Shown here piece after piece: positions 26,821 to 29,718 of a stretch of DNA of 29,718 nt. The notes beneath the pieces were generated by a model. The model had not been told where the DNA came from and ran no database searches. It saw only the letters and a program-made list of their open reading frames with translations. The position numbers were made by a program, and so were the translations under genes. The DNA is taken from positions 1 through 29,718 of IMG/VR virus record IMGVR_UViG_3300006737_000117. One strand, given 5' to 3'. The DNA is from a virus. Lineage: Duplodnaviria > Caudoviricetes. Position 1 is the stretch's first letter, and each line of letters begins with the position of its first letter.

Positions 26821-26830
26821 TTATTCTCCG

Positions 26831-28039
26831 TTACATATTATACGGGTCGTATGGATCTTCTTGCTTTTCTAATTCTTCCCTAGAAGGTGTGTAATCCATT
26901 AGGCTCATACCTGCTCCTGCTCCAAGACCAAGTGCACCTAAAGCTCCCCATTTATCAATGTCTCCTAGCCCCACTTCACCTTTAGGGGCTTTTTGTTTAA
27001 CCAATTTTAACAACTGTGCTACAGCTTTTTCATCAAGCTTAGTTATATTAGCGTCTTTTAATTTGCTAACAATAAGCTTAACATTATCATCACTAGCGCT
27101 TGCTCCAACTTTTGTAAGTAGTTTTTTAACATTAGCTGAATTAACATTATGAGTTTTGACCATTTTATTAGCCATATCAACTATTTGACTTGTACTTACG
27201 CCATCAAGACTTTCTAGTGATTTGTGATTTTTTAATTGCTCCAAATAATTTTTAGTAACTTTAGAGTTTTTACCATATTTACTTGTAATCTTTCGTGTAA
27301 GACCAGCAATATGTTCTTTACTTAAGTTTTTACCTTTAACTACTTTACCTAAATCTCCAGCATTATCTATTGCTCTAGTAGCCTCTTTTAATGTAGCTGC
27401 AGTAGCAGATCTTCCAGCAGTAGCTTCCATACCTTTAGCCCATTTCCAACCTTTACCTGCTCCATATGGTGCCAAAGCTTTTGCTCCTTGCCTAATAGCT
27501 CCACTTGTCATTTGACCTACAGGCATTCTAGCTGGTATAGTAACTGCTAATTTACCTGCAGCTTTAGCAACATTTGCAGCACCTGCTAATCCTCTAGCAC
27601 CTTGAATAGCTGAACCTAAACTAGCTACACCTTTTCCTATGGTAGGGGCTGCTGCACCGCCTGATGCAATTGTTAAACCAATAGCGGCAGCTATTTGAGC
27701 TAACGAACCACCTATTTTACCAACATTTGCTGCAGTTCTTGTAGATTCATCTGTGTATAATTTATCTGGTATAAACCCCATAGCAACAGAGTCTGCAACA
27801 CCTCCTCCTAATGCTAAAGCTTGTTCAGCAAGAGAGGCTTCTGGGATTACTCTTTTAAAAGGTACTTGATATTGAGCAGCCATTTGCTCTAATTGCATAA
27901 CCATACTATTAGACCAGTTCTTTGGGTTTCTACCATACGCTCTAATATAGCTTTGTATACGTTTTCTTTCTGCTTTGAGTTGTTTTACTTCAGCAGATTC
28001 GCCTGTCATTGAACTTCCGTAATTTCCAGTTATTGCCAT
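26831..28039 (-). CDS. probable internal virion/ejection protein
   Basis: 402 aa; Ala/Gly-rich hydrophobic segments; directly upstream of the giant RNAP gene. Confidence 0.55.
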   Translation of the reverse strand: MAITGNYGSSMTGESAEVKQLKAERKRIQSYIRAYGRNPKNWSNSMVMQLEQMAAQYQVPFKRVIPEASLAEQALALGGGVADSVAMGFIPDKLYTDESTRTAANVGKIGGSLAQIAAAIGLTIASGGAAAPTIGKGVASLGSAIQGARGLAGAANVAKAAGKLAVTIPARMPVGQMTSGAIRQGAKALAPYGAGKGWKWAKGMEATAGRSATAATLKEATRAIDNAGDLGKVVKGKNLSKEHIAGLTRKITSKYGKNSKVTKNYLEQLKNHKSLESLDGVSTSQIVDMANKMVKTHNVNSANVKKLLTKVGASASDDNVKLIVSKLKDANITKLDEKAVAQLLKLVKQKAPKGEVGLGDIDKWGALGALGLGAGAGMSLMDYTPSREELEKQEDPYDPYNM

Positions 28040-28040
28040 A

Positions 28041-28991
28041 TTACTCCCAATCCGAAGACTTCATTTCGTTTAACAATTTGTCTTCACCCTCAAATTTGAT
28101 ATAAGCTTTTCCATCTTTAACATACACATCATAAACATCGTTACCTGTAGCATCATTTTCAGTTACAGTCCATCCTCCACCTGGATTTTGGTCTATCCAT
28201 ATAGTGTCTGATTTATCTCCACTCCAATCACCTTTTTCAGCATTTTTACCTGCTATAAGAGCTTGATGTAAAATATTTAATTGGTTATTATCAGTTGAAT
28301 TTGCACCAGCTAATCCTTTAAACTCTATACCGCCTCCCCAATTTTGCATATGCTGAGATAACTCTATATGATCTTCAGCTCCAAAACCTTTAGACATAGA
28401 TAATACAGGGTCAGAGTCTTCAGTTCCAGCTAAAACTTCTGCATGTGTTTTTCCTGAATAAAGAGGGTCATTTGTTTGAAGTTTGTGAATATCCATACTC
28501 TGTTTAAGGCTTGGATTATTCTTTAAAAATGACTCTATATCTTCTTCACTCATGCCTGACCTTATAAATTGTTTCTTTAGATTCAGTATATCATCAGTAC
28601 CTATTGAAGTAGCAGAGTTTAATATTTCGTCTCTATCTGCTTTAGTAAGAATATTGTTTTGGTCACCAGTTAATATATTTGCCATATCAAAGGTTTTATT
28701 ATAACTGTCTAATACACCTTGATTAACAACAAGATTGCCTTCTGGGTCAAATGAAGTTATAGGGCCTAAAGCTAATCTGCTAGTTTCATTAAACCTTATT
28801 TGACGTTCTTTCTCTATACGCCTAGCTTCTGCTTCTCTATATTCGTCTATTTTGATTTGATTTAAAGCAACTTCACCTTCAACCTTTTTCTTATAAGATT
28901 TTAACTTATCTGCTTCAAGTTGACGATTAAGTGTGCTGTCCATAGCATCACTAAGAATCCTGTGTCCTTCATATGTACCAAAATTAGCCAT
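28041..28991 (-). CDS. hypothetical protein, probable virion protein
   Basis: 316 aa; coiled-coil N-terminus; tightly coupled to its neighbours. Confidence 0.6.
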   Translation of the reverse strand: MANFGTYEGHRILSDAMDSTLNRQLEADKLKSYKKKVEGEVALNQIKIDEYREAEARRIEKERQIRFNETSRLALGPITSFDPEGNLVVNQGVLDSYNKTFDMANILTGDQNNILTKADRDEILNSATSIGTDDILNLKKQFIRSGMSEEDIESFLKNNPSLKQSMDIHKLQTNDPLYSGKTHAEVLAGTEDSDPVLSMSKGFGAEDHIELSQHMQNWGGGIEFKGLAGANSTDNNQLNILHQALIAGKNAEKGDWSGDKSDTIWIDQNPGGGWTVTENDATGNDVYDVYVKDGKAYIKFEGEDKLLNEMKSSDWE

Positions 28992-29635
28992 TACTTGTTA
29001 TAAAACTCCTCAGCTGTCATAACATTTGAATCTTTATATCCACCTGGAAGTTTTCCACCAAACATTTTTTTATCCACGCCTGAATAAGCTTTTCTAAGTA
29101 GACCACCAAATGGTGAAAATTTCTTTTGCTCTTGAACTTGAGGATTATAATCATATTCATAAGACTCTTGATCTGCTGCTTTACGTTCTTCATCAACAGC
29201 TAATCTATATGCTTGTTCAGTTTTAGGACCAAACATTCCATCAGCTTTAACACCTAATCTTTTTTGCAAAGATTTGACTGATTCTGGGTCATTCATATCG
29301 AAATTAGTAACACTTCCCATGCCTGTTACATTTCCTAAGGCTTGTTTAGTAGGAACGCCACCAGTTAAAACATCAGGAATATACCCTTCTTCACCAGCCC
29401 AATAATCTTGCATAAAAGGAGCTTCTGATAAACCAGCACTAACTACTGCACTACCTGCTCTCATTGGATTATCTGCTACATATCCTGCTGCATTACCTAT
29501 AGCTTCTTTAGTAGGTGTTCCACCTGTCCATTTATCTGGTATATATCCTTGATTATCAGGGAAGTAACCTTCACCTGGACCTGCGCCTGTTATACTTTTA
29601 ATTCCTCTTTGAAACCAATTTAAATCTTCTGCCAT
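28991..29635 (-). CDS. protein with a peptidoglycan-binding (PG_binding_1-like) domain and an internal repeat
   Basis: ESVKSLQKRLGVKADGMFGPKTEQA matches the PG-binding motif (V..LQ..L....DG.FG..T). Duplicated GYIPD..TGG.PTK.A.GN. Confidence 0.7.
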   Translation of the reverse strand: MAEDLNWFQRGIKSITGAGPGEGYFPDNQGYIPDKWTGGTPTKEAIGNAAGYVADNPMRAGSAVVSAGLSEAPFMQDYWAGEEGYIPDVLTGGVPTKQALGNVTGMGSVTNFDMNDPESVKSLQKRLGVKADGMFGPKTEQAYRLAVDEERKAADQESYEYDYNPQVQEQKKFSPFGGLLRKAYSGVDKKMFGGKLPGGYKDSNVMTAEEFYNK

Positions 29636-29645
29636 TATATCTCCT

Positions 29646-29718
29646 TTAACCGAATCTATTAAACGGTGAAGAATATACTGGTGTTTTCCAGCCTTCTGCG
29701 TCTTGAGTCATTCCTGTA
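29646..29718 (-). CDS. C-terminal fragment of an upstream gene
   Basis: Open frame ...TGMTQDAEGWKTPVYSSPFNRFG* ending just before the AGGAG SD of the next gene. Confidence 0.5.
   Translation of the reverse strand, partial: TGMTQDAEGWKTPVYSSPFNRFG

Noticed and set aside
17049-27152. Short + strand and alternative-frame ORFs inside the large - strand genes
   Set aside because: Shadow ORFs of long, well-supported genes.
798-29635. Genome-wide stop-codon reassignment (as in some crAss-like phages)
   Set aside because: Long genes, including the 9.3-kb one, are intact under the standard code, and TAG/TGA end several genes at sensible boundaries. Only the TGA at 12963 is suspicious.

Overview
AT-rich bacteriophage DNA in two opposed blocks. 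The + strand (798-14933) carries small early genes, an unusually large amount of structured non-coding sequence (including a ~740-nt GOLLD/ROOL-like RNA candidate), a complete four-gene ubiquitin-like conjugation operon (Ubl, E2-like, JAB/MPN protease, E1/ThiF), and a replication/recombination module (AAA ATPase, SSB-like protein, AEP primase-DnaB-like helicase fusion, Gp157-like protein, HNH nuclease). The - strand (14980-29718, and 1-311) carries a tyrosine integrase next to the 3' half of a tRNA-Arg(CCT) (probable attP), a 3112-aa two-barrel RNA polymerase (GADLDGD motif; probably virion-packaged, as in crAss-like phages), probable ejected virion proteins and the start of an M15-type endolysin. 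Highlights are the phage-encoded Ubl system, whose E2 and JAB both carry a clamp-binding-like QxTLF motif; a candidate selenoprotein (in-frame TGA followed by a SECIS-like hairpin); the large structured RNA; and an apparently integrating phage with a giant RNAP. All calls come from reading motifs by eye; no searches were run.
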